Below, in pieces: positions 36,725-49,386 of a stretch of DNA of 64,000 nucleotides; within the stretch, counting starts at the first letter, position 1, and each line of letters starts with the position of its first letter. The stretch comes from Octopus vulgaris. Its lineage: Eukaryota. The stretch lies in the NCBI GenBank assembly GCA_951406725.2, contig OX597817.1:143902001-143966000 (forward strand). The letters are read 5' to 3'. The position numbers and the translations under genes were made by a program. The notes under the pieces were generated by a model, which was given only the letters and a program-made list of their open reading frames with translations, did no database searches and was not told the DNA's origin.

Positions 36725-36945
36725 GTGTGTGTGTATGTGTGTGTGTGTGTTTGTCCCCCTAACATCGCTTGACAACTGATGGTGGTGTGTTCATGTCCCT
36801 GTAACTTAACAGTTCAGCAAAAGAGACTGATAGAATAAGTACTAGGCTTACAAAGAATAAGTCCTGGGGTCAATTCATTCAACTAAAGGTGGTGCTCCAG
36901 CATGGCCACGGTCAAATGACTAAAACAAGTAAAACAGTAAAAAAA
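36318..36945 (+). mobile_element. SINE A interrupted by SINE B (36417-36648)
   Basis: TSD GAAACTG(A/G)AAGAA within the A body. Confidence 0.85.
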
Positions 36946-37740
36946 TTCTTAATAACTTTTATCTTATCCTTGTTTCAGCCATTAGACTGCGGCCATGCTG
37001 GGGCACCACCTGCAAGAAATTTTTTTTTGTTGAATGAATCAACCCCAGTACTTATTTCTTTATGATTGGTATTTATTCTATCAGTCTCTTTAGCTGTACC
37101 ACTAAGTTATGGGGGATGTAAACACACAAACACCAATTATCAAGAAGTGGTGGAAGAAAAACACAAACACAAAGACACACACACACACACACAACATTTC
37201 TTTTGGTTTCCGTCTACAAAATCTACTCACAAAGCTTTGGTCAGCCTGAGACCATAGTAGAAGACATTTGCCCAAGGTGCCATGCAGTGGGACTGAACCT
37301 GCAACCATGAGGTTGGGAAGCAAACTTCTTATCATACAGCCACACCTGTACCTATCTGTTCATTCTTAGTATATTCTGGCAGATTCAAACCTGTATCTCT
37401 GATTGTTGGTGGTTTTGTTAACTGTGAACATATCCCCCACTGAGATGATGATGATTGTTTAACATCTGTTGTCCATGTTTGCATGAGTTGGATGGTTTGA
37501 CTGGACTGGCATACTAGAAGTCTGCACCAGACTCCAATCTGATTTGGCATGGTTTTTCTATGGCTGGATGCCATTCCTAATGACAACCACTCTGAGAGTG
37601 TAATGGATGCTTTTACATTCCACTGACATGGGTGCCATTTGTGTGAGACTGGTATCTGCCATGACTGCGATTTTGCTCAGCTTGATGGGTCTTTTTCTCA
37701 AGCATGACAGAATGCCAAAAGTCTTGGTCATTGCCTCTTT

Positions 37741-38140
37741 GAAGCCTAACACTCAAAAGGAAGGCCCAGCGCTCGAAAGAAAGGCCCAGCACTTGAAAGG
37801 AAGGCCCAGCACTTGAAAGGAAGGCCCAGCGTTCGAAAGGAAGCCCTGGCACTTGAAAGGAAGGCCCAGCGCTCGAAAGGAAGGCCCAGCGATCGAAAGG
37901 AAGGCCCAGCATTCGAAAGGAAGCCCTGGCACTTGAAAGGAAGGCCCAGCGCTCGAAAGGAAGGCCCAGCGCTCGAAAGGAAGCCCTGGCACTTGAAAGG
38001 AAGGCCCATCGCTCGAAAGGAAGGCCCAGCGCTCGAAAGGAAAGCCCAGCCCTCAAAAGAAAGGCCCAGCGCTCGAAAGGAAGGCCCAGCGCTCGAAAGG
38101 AAGGCCCAGCACCCGAAAGGAAGGCCCAATGCTCAAAAGG
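37741..38140. repeat. 20-bp minisatellite x20 (AAGGCCCAGCGCTCGAAAGG)
   Basis: Exact 20-nt period; abuts the 5'-truncation point of a minus-strand RTE copy (~37443-37760). Confidence 0.95.
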
Positions 38141-38599
38141 AAACTTCAAAACACTCTGGCGTTTTGACCTTGTTGAAGCTACTCCACTGGACTGTGCTCA
38201 ACTGGTACTTATTTTATTGACCCCAAAAGGATGAAAGACAAAGTCGGCCTTGGCAGAACTTGAACTCAGAACATAAAGGTAAACAAAATGCTGCCAAGTA
38301 TTTTGTGCACCGTGCTAACGATTTTACCAGCTCACTGCCTTGTTAACCACCTTAATAATCCTTTCTACTATAAGCACAAGGCTTGAAATTTGGGGAAGGG
38401 GGACAAGTCAATTACATCAACCCCAGTGCATAACTGGTACTTAATTTATCGACCTTGAAAGGATGAAAGGCAAAGTTGACGTTAGTGGAATTTGAACTCA
38501 GAACGTAAAGACAGATGAAATGCTGCCAAGCTTTTTGCTCAGCTTGCTAACGACTCTGCCAGCTCATCACCTTGATAATGACATGGTGATAATTGAAAC

Positions 38600-38918
38600 A
38601 AGGAATGTGGCATAGTGGCTAGGGATATTCAGCTTATGATCAAAAGGTAGTGAATTCAATTCCTGGCAGTGTACAGTGCACCTGAGCAAGACACTTTATT
38701 TTTCACGTTGCTCCAGTCAACCCTGCTGACAAAAATGAGTTGTACCTGTAATTCTAGGGGGCAGCCTTGTCACATTCTGTGTCATACTGACTCTCCCTCA
38801 GAGTTACATTAAAGGTATGAATGTCCGGGAAGTGCTCACCCACTTGCACATTAATTTCACAAGTGGGCTATTTCATTTATCGGATCAACTCATCATTGCA
38901 ACTGACGGAGTGCCAATT
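38600..38918 (+). mobile_element. SINE with family F tail, 11-bp TSD
   Basis: TSD ATAATTGAAAC at 38589-38599 and 38919-38929; tRNA-like head; tail ...ACTGACGGAGTGCCA. Confidence 0.8.
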
Positions 38919-38941
38919 ATAATTGAAACCAAGGCAGTGTA

Positions 38942-39858
38942 GAAAATTACTATTTGTAAATCTCACGAGAGATATTCAGCAACAGTACTTTGTAGTAAAG
39001 ATTATTTGCCAACATAACATGGCAGTCCTGGTTTAGGACGAATGTTGCTGTAATTTAGCCCCAGGAGACATCATCTCCAAAAAATTATTCTATGCTGATG
39101 AAGAGAAATAACCCAGAAATTGTTGGGAATCTAGATTCTCTTGTTTGAAAATATAAGGACACAGATCGTGTTGTATAGCCATCTGGAGAGGATGTCTCCA
39201 GGGGCTAAATTACAGCAACATTCGTCCTAAACCAGGACTGCCAAGTTATGTTGGCAAATAATCTTTACTCCAAAGTACTGTTGCTGAATATCTCTCATTG
39301 TAAGATTTAACAAAATGGTAATTTTCTAATTTATAGATCAGTGACTAGTTGTCACTTTGAAAACTATATATTTCGAATGGGAATTTGGCAGTGCCACCTC
39401 TAGGCAAACAATTATTCTGTGCTGGTGAAGAGAAATAACCCAGAAATCATGATACACAGATATTGTTTTGAGCTGAGTGGGGGTGCTAGATTCCCTTGTT
39501 CGAAAATATAAGGACACAGATCATGTTGTATAGCCAGCTGGAGATGATGTATGTCTCCTGGGGCTAAATTACAGCAACATTTGTCTTAACCCTTTCATTA
39601 GTGTATTTATTTTGAGATGCTCTGTGTTTCTTTCAATTATTTTAAATATAACAAAGAATTAGGTAAAATAACTTAGTTATCATTCAGCTCGTGTTAGGAA
39701 CATAAATTGCGACTAAGGTTTGGTGGAAGATTTTAATTCAGAACTTAAGAAAACAAGACATTTGTACAACACAGCCAGAGCCGGTTTCAGCTGGGTTGGT
39801 AACGAAAGGGTTAAACCAGGACTGCCATGTTATGTTGGCAAATAATCTTTACTACAAT
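38942..39858 (+). mobile_element. Retrozyme/Penelope-type insertion: inverted arm plus tandem hammerhead-bearing units, 9-bp TSD
   Basis: Inverted arm 38940-39079 pairs with 39184-39328; direct units start ~39083 and ~39410; cores CTGATGA (39095) and CTGGTGA (39422); TSD GGCAGTGTA at 38933-38941 and 39859-39867. Confidence 0.8.
39590..39810. mobile_element. piggyBac-like MITE nested in the retrozyme-like unit
   Basis: TTAA|CCCTTTCATTA ... TAACGAAAGGG|TTAA; host sequence is colinear across the insert; partial copy at 61008-61180. Confidence 0.85.
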
Positions 39859-40278
39859 GGCAGTGTATTTCAACAGAAAACTGAAAGGGTTTAGACTTTT
39901 CTCAGTTGTGATAAATCCTACCATAAACGTGTTCAATTATATTTTCTATGATTCCTCACAGATAAATACAGAAACAGGTTTGACATTTATCAATAAATCT
40001 GTGAGAAGTTTCCATTTCATCGTTTGATTTGATCAATGTAGCATTGCAGTCCCAATCAACAGCATTGTTATTCTCTGTGAAACTGGAACCACATGGGAAT
40101 GGTCAATTATGGAATTTAATCACTGTACAAACATTTGTCAAAAGCAATTGCAAATAGGATTATATAACAACACCTTGGCGTTAAGAAAAACATCTGAACG
40201 TCTACAAGACATAAATCAGAAACACCCATGTCTATAATAAGGAAATTGGATATATATACGCGAAAAAGTGTGTATATA

Positions 40279-40531
40279 CAGTTCTATATTTAAGAGATGA
40301 GGAATTATGTACATTATTTACATTTGACGGATATTTGTCCTCATCTTGTTTGTTAACACGTTTTGGCTGATATACCCTCCAGCTTTCACCAGGTGTCTTG
40401 GAGAAATTTCAAACCTGGGTTCTCATTCCTAAGGTATTTTTCAATGTTATTATTATTATTCAGGTCACTGCTTGGAATCAAACTCAAAATCTTGGGGTTA
40501 GTAGCCCGCGCTCTTAACCACTACACCATAT
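40279..40531 (-). mobile_element. Family D SINE, full length, 13-bp TSD
   Basis: tRNA-like head TGGTGTAGTGGTTAAGAGCGCGGGCTACTAACCC...GAGTTTGATTCC, (AAT)n, mutated hammerhead tail; TSD AAGTGTGTATATA at 40266-40278 and 40532-40544. Confidence 0.85.
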
Positions 40532-41605
40532 AAGTGTGTATATAATTTATACATTGGTGGATACACATACACACACATCTCTAATAGAGAGACAGATATT
40601 AGAAAATATTTTGACAAATTAAATTTAAATGTTGAAGTGAATCTAACAGATTTTGTGTGTTTCTTAAATGGCTTATAAACACCTTCCATGCTGCAATTGT
40701 TTTCGTTCCAGCACACGATCTCAGATCAGGTCACTTGCTATGCAAGTACATCTCCGTAATAAGGTATTAGATAGATATGGGCATATATGTTTAGACAAAC
40801 GAGAGAAAAAGTATTTATGTGTGTCTTTCTATTTGTGTTTGTCTTTCCAGCTATCTTGTCTTCATGTCAATACCATTTGACAACTGGTATCGGTTTGTTT
40901 ACATCCCCATAATTTTGCAGTTTTACAAAAAGAGAAAAAAACCCCAATAAAATGAGAATAAGTACCAGACTTATATTAATTTAATGGGTTCAATCTGATT
41001 GGAAACCCTTCAAGGTGGTGCCCCAGCATGGCCACAACCCACTGACTGAAATCATCAACTTTGCTTTTCATCCTTTTTCAACGGTGATTAACAAAAAGCA
41101 CTAATTCCAGGAGATTAGTAGGATTATTATAGCACCAGGTGTGATAGACTGCAACATCTAGTGCAGGGCTTTGAGGTCCTAAAGGCATCTCTTGTGATAA
41201 TGGTGCTGCCAAGCAGTATCAGCCCTTACTTTCCCCCTTATGCTACTAGCCCTTACTTTCCCCTTATGCTACTAGATCATAGGTTAGTGAAATGGGGCTT
41301 CAATGCATTGGAAACTGTTGGTCTTCCATGAAAATACCTTGCTCAGACACCTATCTTTTGGAAGGACTTTCTAGAAGCAAACCCATTCCTGCATTTCATA
41401 AGACATATTCAGACTCCAGATACCATTATCATTTTAACATCCATTTTTCCATGTAGAATTTCCTGAGCCAGATTTTTCAAACAAGGTAATATCCCCCCTA
41501 TGGCCAGACATGCTTTCAGGGAAGATTGGAAATGAGGAGCACCATATGATGGGAGGGTGCCCAATGTCAAGGCCAAGAGATACAAATACACACACACACA
41601 AATAC

Positions 41606-41785
41606 AGGCCCAACACTTGAAAGGAACTTGGCCACTTTGCCTCCACGAGGCCCAGTGCTCAAAAGGAACTCAGCCACTTTGCTTTTGTGAGGCCCAACAC
41701 TTGAAAGGAACTTAGCCAACTTGTTTCCATGAGACCCAACGCTCAAAAGGAACTTTGCCTCTGTGAAGCACAACACTTGAAAAGA
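41606..41785. repeat. 42-bp minisatellite (~4.5 units)
   Basis: AG(G/A)CCCA at 41606, 41648, 41690, 41732; shares the AGGCCCAACRCTYRAAAGG core with the 20-bp array. Confidence 0.85.
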
Positions 41786-43281
41786 TTATTATTATTATTA
41801 TTATTATCAATAATAGAGGATGGTGCCTTGGCAGAATTGTTAGTTCATCAGAGGCATTTATTCCATCGTTATGTTCCCAGTTCAAACCTGATTGAAGTTG
41901 ACGTTGCCTTTCATCCTTTTGGGGGTCAATGAGATAAGTAGTAGTCAGGTACTGGGATCAATGTAATCAACTTCCCCACCCCCACCCTCCTCTTGAAATT
42001 ACTGACCCTAAGCCAAAATTTGGAATCATTATTTATGAATGAACAAGGAAGATTCTAGATGCTGAGTCAGACTGGTAGAAACAGAAGCTATATTTCCCTC
42101 AAACTACACATTATCTTGAAAATTGGTACACACTTTAGATAATATAGCCCTAGACATATCGTCTGAAAAAGTTCCAAGTGGGATTGTCATGGCTGGAACT
42201 AAACAAGAACAGCTACAAATGTTAATGCTAAAAGAAATCATGATGAATAAAAAAAATATATTCGATAAAAAAATAAACCATTCTGACATAAAATCAATAT
42301 TGAACAAGAATTCGATATTCTTTGTGTTCCTTCTCCAAGAACCATAGTTTGTGACCAATATTTGTTGTAGTAGTTGTTGTAGTAGTTGTTTTTGCTGCTG
42401 TTTTGTAGAACCAGGTCAGCTTTGATCAAGCACTTCTGCTCACCACTTTTTAAATGTATGGCAGCAGTTGTACGTGTTCTGTGTAATTTAATAATGTCTG
42501 GGAATAGCATTCAATAGAAATTATAGATTCATGATGGCACAACAAATGACACAAATAAAATAATCATATTAAAACATAGCATGGAGAAAGGATGTTTTTT
42601 TTTCACGGACATTAAACTCCTTTACCAAATATGCATCCAGATGTCCAGAGAGAAACCTGTAAAAATATACACACATGCATACACAAAGACACACACACAC
42701 ACACACCATTGTCATAATCATCATCATCATTTACCATCATTATTTAACGTCCGTTTTCTATGCTATCATGGGTTGGATGGTTCGACTGGGGTCTTGTAAG
42801 CCATGGAGGCTGCACTAGGCTCTACTCTGATTTGGCAGTGTTTCTACAGCTGGATGCCCTTCCTAACGCCAACCACTCCGTGAGTGTAGTGGGTGTTTTT
42901 TACGTGTCACCGGCACAGGGGCAGAGCAGGCTGGCAAACGCCCACGATCGGTTGGTGCTTTTACGTGTCACTGACACGGACGCCAGTCAGGCGGCGCTGG
43001 CATCTGCCATGTTCAGACGGTACTTTTTATGTGTCTCTAGCACGGGTGTCTTGACTACAATTTCCATTTGAATTTTTTATTGTTTAAAGTCCATTCGCCA
43101 TGCTGGTCTGCATAGAATGGCTTGAGAGAAACTAACAAACCAGATGACTACACCAAGCTCCAATATTTGCTTTGGCATGGTTTCTACAATTGGGCACCGT
43201 TCCCAATGATATGCCAACCACTTCACAGAGTGTGCCATTTTGGGTGTCTCCTGAGCAAGGCTCCTCAAATGAGTGAAGGTA

Positions 43282-43503
43282 CAAGGGGGTGCTGAAAATT
43301 TCCAGGCATTGAGTAAAATAAAATAGAGGAGACTCAATTAATTATGATTTTATTCAACATATTCCCCTCTCAGATTCACACACTTATTGCAGTGGTCCTT
43401 CAGTTTTTCTAAGCCCTGTAAAAGAACTCAGGAGGTTGGGCCTCCAACCAGGCCTTTCATGAAACCCCACCTTTAAAGCCAGGATCTTTTCAGTACCTTC
43501 TTG
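43282..43503. mobile_element. Mariner-derived MITE, complete, TA TSD
   Basis: TA|CAAGGGGGTGCTGAAAATTTCCAGGC ... GCCAGGATCTTTTCAGTACCTTCTTG|TA. Confidence 0.85.
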
Positions 43504-43634
43504 TACAGTATTGAGGGAGGTGAACATAATGATAAAAGATGAGGAACAGGTGTCATACTGAAGAGAAGTTACGTGGTAACAGAAAGGCAAACTATGAGGT
43601 TATACTCTCAGGAAGAGAATAGAATAAAAAGAGC

Positions 43635-43666
<32 letters not shown>

Positions 43667-43680
43667 GTATGTATACGTAT

Positions 43681-44080
43681 ACTCTTTTACTTGTTTCAGT
43701 CATTTGACTGCGGCCATGCTGGAGCACTGCCTTTAGTCAAGCAAATCGACCCCGGGACTTATTCTTTGTAAGCCCAGTACTTATTCTATCGGTCTCTTTT
43801 GCCGAACCGCTAAGTGACGGGGACGTAAACACACCAGCATCGGTTGTGAAGCAATGCTAGGAGGACAAACACAGACACACAGACACACACACACATATAT
43901 ATATATATACATATATACGACAGGCTTCTTTCAGTTTCCGTCTACCAAATCCACTCACAAGGCATTGGTCGGCCCGGGGCTATAGCAGAAGACACTTGCC
44001 CAAGATGCCACACAGTGGGACTGAACCCGGAACCATGTGGTTGGTTAGCAAGCCACTTACAACACAGCCACTCCTGCGCC
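43681..44080 (-). mobile_element. SINE family A, full length, young
   Basis: CpG-rich near-consensus copy within (TA)n. Confidence 0.9.
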
Positions 44081-44118
44081 TATATAAGTATATATATACA
44101 TATGTATATATATGTATG

Positions 44119-44156
<38 letters not shown>

Positions 44157-44262
44157 CGTATGTATATATATATGCATATATACACATATATATATGCATA
44201 TATACATATATATATATATATACTTATACATACATACATATATATGTATATATGTGTGTATA

Positions 44263-44710
44263 TCTATTATATAAAATCTGTTCTGTCTGTCTGTCTGTGT
44301 GTCTTCTAGGATCTCGGGCATCCTCCATCCGATTGTGCTCAAATTTGATATGTAGATAGCGATGATATCAGGGCATGTATAAATCTTGAAAAAATTACAA
44401 AAATCAATTCCAGGTCAGAATGTGATCAATAAAGCCGTGGGAATGTGCATTTGTAAAATCGTTTTTCTTGGAATAGAAAAAAAGTCTATCTTTATTTCTT
44501 CTTTTGCTGGTGTCTCAAATTTAGGTTGAATCAGTGTTTCTCAAAGGGGAGGGGGGCTATATGACGTTTGGACAAGTTGTTTTGAGAAAATTTGGCTTAA
44601 ATGTTTGACAACTCAGCACTGTCCATTGGACGGAGGGCGTTTTGCTCATGTTACTATATTTGTTCCACGTCCTCGCGTTGTGTTTTTTTGTGCTTTTTTG
44701 TTTGAATTAA
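44263..44710 (+). mobile_element. Probable non-autonomous Helitron 5' part
   Basis: A|TCTATTATATAAAA start followed by (CTGT)n, like the other two Helitrons; no 3' CTAG end seen, right boundary uncertain. Confidence 0.5.
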
Positions 44711-44869
44711 CTATATATATATGGTCCAACCCATGCCAGCATGGAAAGCGGACGTTAAACGATGATGATGAAGATGATGATGATGATATATATATATATA
44801 TATATGTACGAAGTGACACAAGTATATGACACTGAGAAGCTACAATGACAGCTAAATATGTATCTGACT

Positions 44870-44942
44870 GGGAAAATAGCTCAGAAGGAAGAGCGCTTGC
44901 TTTGCATGCGAGAGGTACTGAGATTAATACCCAGATTCTGTA
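44870..44942 (+). pseudogene. tRNA-Ala(TGC)-like pseudogene
   Basis: GGGAAAATAGCTCAGAAGGAAGAGCG; anticodon arm CTTGC-TTTGCAT-GCGAG; T arm and acceptor stem mispaired. Confidence 0.8.
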
Positions 44943-44957
44943 ATGAATTTTCTTTTT

Positions 44958-45174
44958 GGGTGGCAAACTGGCAGAATCGTTAGCATGCCATGCGAAATGC
45001 TTAGCGCTATTTCCTCTGCCATTAAATTCTGCCAAGGTCGACTTTGCCTTTCATTCTTTTGAGGTTGATTACATAAGAACCAGTTATGCACTGGGGTCGA
45101 TGTAATCGATTTAATTCCTTTGTCTGTCCTTGTTTGTCCCCTCTATACTTAGCCCCTTGTGGGCAATAAAGAAA
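44958..45174 (+). mobile_element. SINE family B (B2 tail), fused behind the tRNA-Ala copy
   Basis: Family B head/body, tail ...CCCCTTGTGGGCAATAAAGAAA. Confidence 0.85.
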
Positions 45175-45287
45175 TAAATATGTATCTGTTGCTCTCATGG
45201 TGGTCACTTTTAGGATGATTCCATTTCACCCAGCTCTGAAATATTGTTTCTGAACACAATACATTTATAAAGGAGAGAGAGAGAGAA

Positions 45288-45338
<51 letters not shown>

Positions 45339-45728
45339 ATAGCAGATATTAAATGATGATGATGATGAATATGATGATGATACATAATGAAGCTGTGCAC
45401 TAAGTCACAGAACCCAAACTGGTTAAAAATCCAATATACATACACGTTTTTAAAGCAGTATGTGTACATTTACATACATATAAAATATACATATATTTTA
45501 AAAGAACCAGAACCATAAGATAGAATATACTCCATATAAATCATTTGCTACCACTGTGGTGTGAATACACTGCACAAATATAAACAATAAGCCGTGAAGA
45601 AATCATAAAAAAAAGACGTGTTTACATTTGCAAAACACATCTGTTTACAGACTGCAGTGATGGACAATAACTTGAACGGCATATGGTCTGTTATATACTG
45701 TGATTCATATTATATATATATATATATA

Positions 45729-46122
45729 GGCGCAGGAGTGGCTGTGTGGTAAGTAGCTTCCTTACCACCCACATCGTTCCGAGTTCAGTCCCACTGCGTG
45801 GCACCTTGGGCAAGTTTCTTCTACTATAGCCTCGGGCCGGCCAAAGCCTTGTGAGTGGATTTGGTAGACGTAAACTGCAAAAAGCCCGTTGTATATATTT
45901 ATATATATATATATACGTGTGTGTGTGTGTCTGTGTTTGTCCCCCCAACATCGCTTGACAACTGATGCTGGTGTGTTTACGTCCTCATAACTTAGCGGTT
46001 CAGCAAAAGAGACCGATAGAATAAGTACTAGACTTACAAAGAATAAGTCCTGCGGTCGATTTACTCAACAAAAGGCAGAGTTCCAGCATGGCCGCAGTCA
46101 AATGACTGAAATAAGTAAAAGA

Positions 46123-46123
<1 letters not shown>
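45729..46123 (+). mobile_element. SINE family A, full length
   Basis: Complete match, inserted in (TA)n. Confidence 0.9.
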
Positions 46124-46168
<45 letters not shown>

Positions 46169-46476
46169 GACACACACTTACATTTACATGATGTGAGGTA
46201 TGATTCTTTATTTTTATGAAAAAGATTTGCATTTTTGTTTTTCTATGTTCAGCATTCCGTCTCTGTGTTTTGTCATAACACAGGGTTACGATAGCCCTCT
46301 TGCAGAGGCTGCACATCATTGGAAGAATAAGCTGTTAAAAATAGCTTACATCAACAACGATAAATTTAGACATAGCAATGTGCTGGATATTAGAGAATTT
46401 TTCTAAAAATCAAAGAATCATATATTCCACTCATACAGTGATATAGATAAATATCTGTAAATGTGTGTCTTTGGTA

Positions 46477-46477
<1 letters not shown>

Positions 46478-46520
<43 letters not shown>

Positions 46521-46522
46521 AT

Positions 46523-46563
<41 letters not shown>

Positions 46564-46596
46564 CATATACATACATACATATATACACACATACAT

Positions 46597-46642
<46 letters not shown>

Positions 46643-46982
46643 ATATACATACATACATATATATATATACACATACATATACATACATACATATATATAT
46701 ATACACATACATATACATACATACATATATATATATACACATACATATACATACATACATATATATATATACACATACATATACACATACATATACATAC
46801 ATACATATATATATATACACATACATATACATACATACATATATATATATACACATACATATACATACATACATATATATATATACACATACATATACAT
46901 ACATACATATATATATATACACATACATATACATACATACACATACATATACATACATACATATACATACATACACATACAT

Positions 46983-47031
<49 letters not shown>

Positions 47032-47042
47032 CATATGTATAT
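46478..47042. repeat. (TA)/(TACA)n compound microsatellite
   Basis: Direct reading; explains the 200-aa YI/VC ORFs. Confidence 0.95.
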
Positions 47043-47049
47043 AACTTTA

Positions 47050-47562
47050 CTTGCAAAGACCTAGTGAGGCAAGTGTAAACAAATTAAAATTACTGATGTG
47101 GCCAATGACAGTACTGTCTGATTGGCACTCGTGCCAGTGGAATGTTAAAAGCACATCCAAGCATGATTGTTGCCAGGGCCATGGATTGGCTTTGGTGCCG
47201 GTGGCACGTGAATAGCACCATTCGAGTGTGATCGTTGTCAGTGTCGCCTTACCGGCACGTAATAGCAATATTTGAGCGTGGTTGTTGCCAGTGCTGCCAG
47301 ACTGGCTCCCATGCAGGTAGCATGTAAAAAACACCTTTTGAGCATGGTCGTTGTCAGAACCGCCTGTCTGGCCCTTGTGCCAGTGGCATGTAAAAGCACC
47401 CACTACACTCTCGGAGTGGTTGGCATTAGGAAGGGAATCCAGCTGTAGAAACTTTGCCAGACCAGATTGAGCCTGGTGCAGACTTCTGGCTCACCAGTCC
47501 TCAGTCAAATCATCCAACCCATGCCAGTATGGAAAGTGGACATTAAACAACGATGATGATGA
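47050..47562 (+). mobile_element. RTE LINE 3' UTR (family C)
   Basis: Internal tandem units plus terminal body and (GAT)n. Confidence 0.8.
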
Positions 47563-48941
47563 TATATATACATATACATACATACACAAACAGACAGACA
47601 CACACACACACACATACACACATGTATGTATGTAAGTATGAAATGTATAATTCTAAAGATGTGTGTGTGTGTATAGATTCACACATATATATAGGCGTGT
47701 GTTTATTAATTTGTTAATAGCTGAAAATGTCACCTTTGCTCTCGGGGTCAATCATCTCGCTGATAGAGATGCAACGAGTAAATTCATCCCTCCTCATCTC
47801 TAAAAACCGACGTATCCCTGTAAAAAACAAAAACATCGTTAATGAGACAATGGTAAGTTCAAACATGCAATAACACTAAAACAATATTAATTAATTTTGC
47901 AATAATTAAATATTTAACACTTCAGTCATAATACGGTTAATTATAAATAAAATTGCATATTAATTAGAAAAATACCATGTTGGCAATGATGATGATGACC
48001 ATCATTATCATGTAATGTCTGTTTTCCATGCTGGCATGGGTTGGATGGTTTGACAGGATCCAGAAAGCTAAAGGGCTGTGTTGAGCTTCGGTGTCAGCAT
48101 TGGTAAGGTTCTATGGCTGGATGCCCTTCCTAATGCCAACCACTACAGCGTGGACTTGGTGCTTTCTTCATGCCACTGGCATTAATAAGGTTGCCAAGTA
48201 ACTTGTAAGACAGGGGGAAAACAAACAAACAAAACCCCTATAACTAAAAGTGGAAGGAGTGGCATTATGCCTGGTGTTAAAAAGCTAAAGAATGACAAAG
48301 AGACAAGCATAGGTCTCTTGCTGAATATATGGCTACCCAACTTTATATAAGGGTGGGTGAGGGTAGCTGAGAAGAAGATGAATTTAAAAAGGGTTCAGTG
48401 TGGGATTTATATAGTAAATAGGGGATAATGGCAAATAGGGAACATGTGCAGATGGCAAAAAGCAATGCCTTTTCTGCTTGTTTTGTTCCCGTACATTCAA
48501 ACATTCTTTAACCCATGTCTATTGTTCATCTCTCAATCATTCCCTCCTCTTCTCTGTTCTCACTGTTCCATGTTTCCAGTGTGACAGAGGATAGCATGGG
48601 ATCTCTTCTGTTCCCCAGACATAGCTTCAAATGTAACTAAGAATGTCCCGACACCTATGCTGACCCTCTCACCAACAATCCTTCATTGGAACAGGACCCA
48701 TCTACTTTCCATTCTCACATTCACATCACACACCAATGTGCATGGCTTAGTGTTCAATTCATGATCTTAAGATAGTGGTTTCGATTCCTGGACCAGGCAA
48801 TACATTGTGTTCTTGAGCAAAACACTTCATTTCACATTGCTCCAGCCACTCAGCTGGTAAAACTAAGTAATCCTGCAATGGAACTATAATGGGAGGAAAG
48901 GTTCACAATATTGGACGAATATCGCCTTCTCCCATTAAAAT

Positions 48942-49386
48942 TGTTCTTTGTGTTGTTTCAGGCTCCAGCTGGCAAGGAAAGAAGTCTTAAGTAAAAATGC
49001 AATTCACAACCAGTTTATTTATAAGTTACACAGAATAGGTAAAGCATGTTGCTCTCAATTTACCATCTCAAGCTGTGTGTGTCTCGTATCTCCGTTAACG
49101 CAGGCCCATTGCCTCTGGAGATACAACATGCAGACAGGACTAGCCTGCAGACTCAGCCAGCGAAGTGTGTTCAGCAAGCGCTTGTGGTGAAGAAGAGATA
49201 GAATTTGTTTGTTGGGCCCTCATATCCAGTTTGCCATCACGGACCTCGTTGTGATCTCGTGCATGGCAAATGGATGCAGGTGAGGTCTCGCTCCAGTCTC
49301 ATAGATGGCAATGGCTGCCGCAAGATCTCATCCAATATGGCGCTGACTGCTTGTGTCCCTTCCGGTGGGGAAACACATATGCCACA
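48942..49386 (-). mobile_element. Probable solo LTR (445 bp)
   Basis: TGT...ACA termini, near-TSD AAAAT/GAAAT (48937-48941, 49387-49391), minus-strand AATAAA at 49014-49019 about 70 bp from the end, GC higher than flanks. Confidence 0.6.

Noticed and set aside
37613-38220. Repetitive ORFs and a CRISPR-like periodic array
   Set aside because: Pure 20-bp tandem repeat with no unique spacers and no cas genes; eukaryotic context.
42104-42358. Overlapping 74-84 aa ORFs in non-repetitive AT-rich DNA
   Set aside because: No recognisable motif or splice boundaries; length expected by chance.
46390-47078. ~200-aa ORFs in five frames
   Set aside because: (TA)/(TACA)n microsatellite lacking stop codons.
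47755-47815. CTGATAGAGATG...CATCTCTAAAAAC hairpin resembling a hammerhead
   Set aside because: Core deviates on both sides and no stem I/III pairing found.
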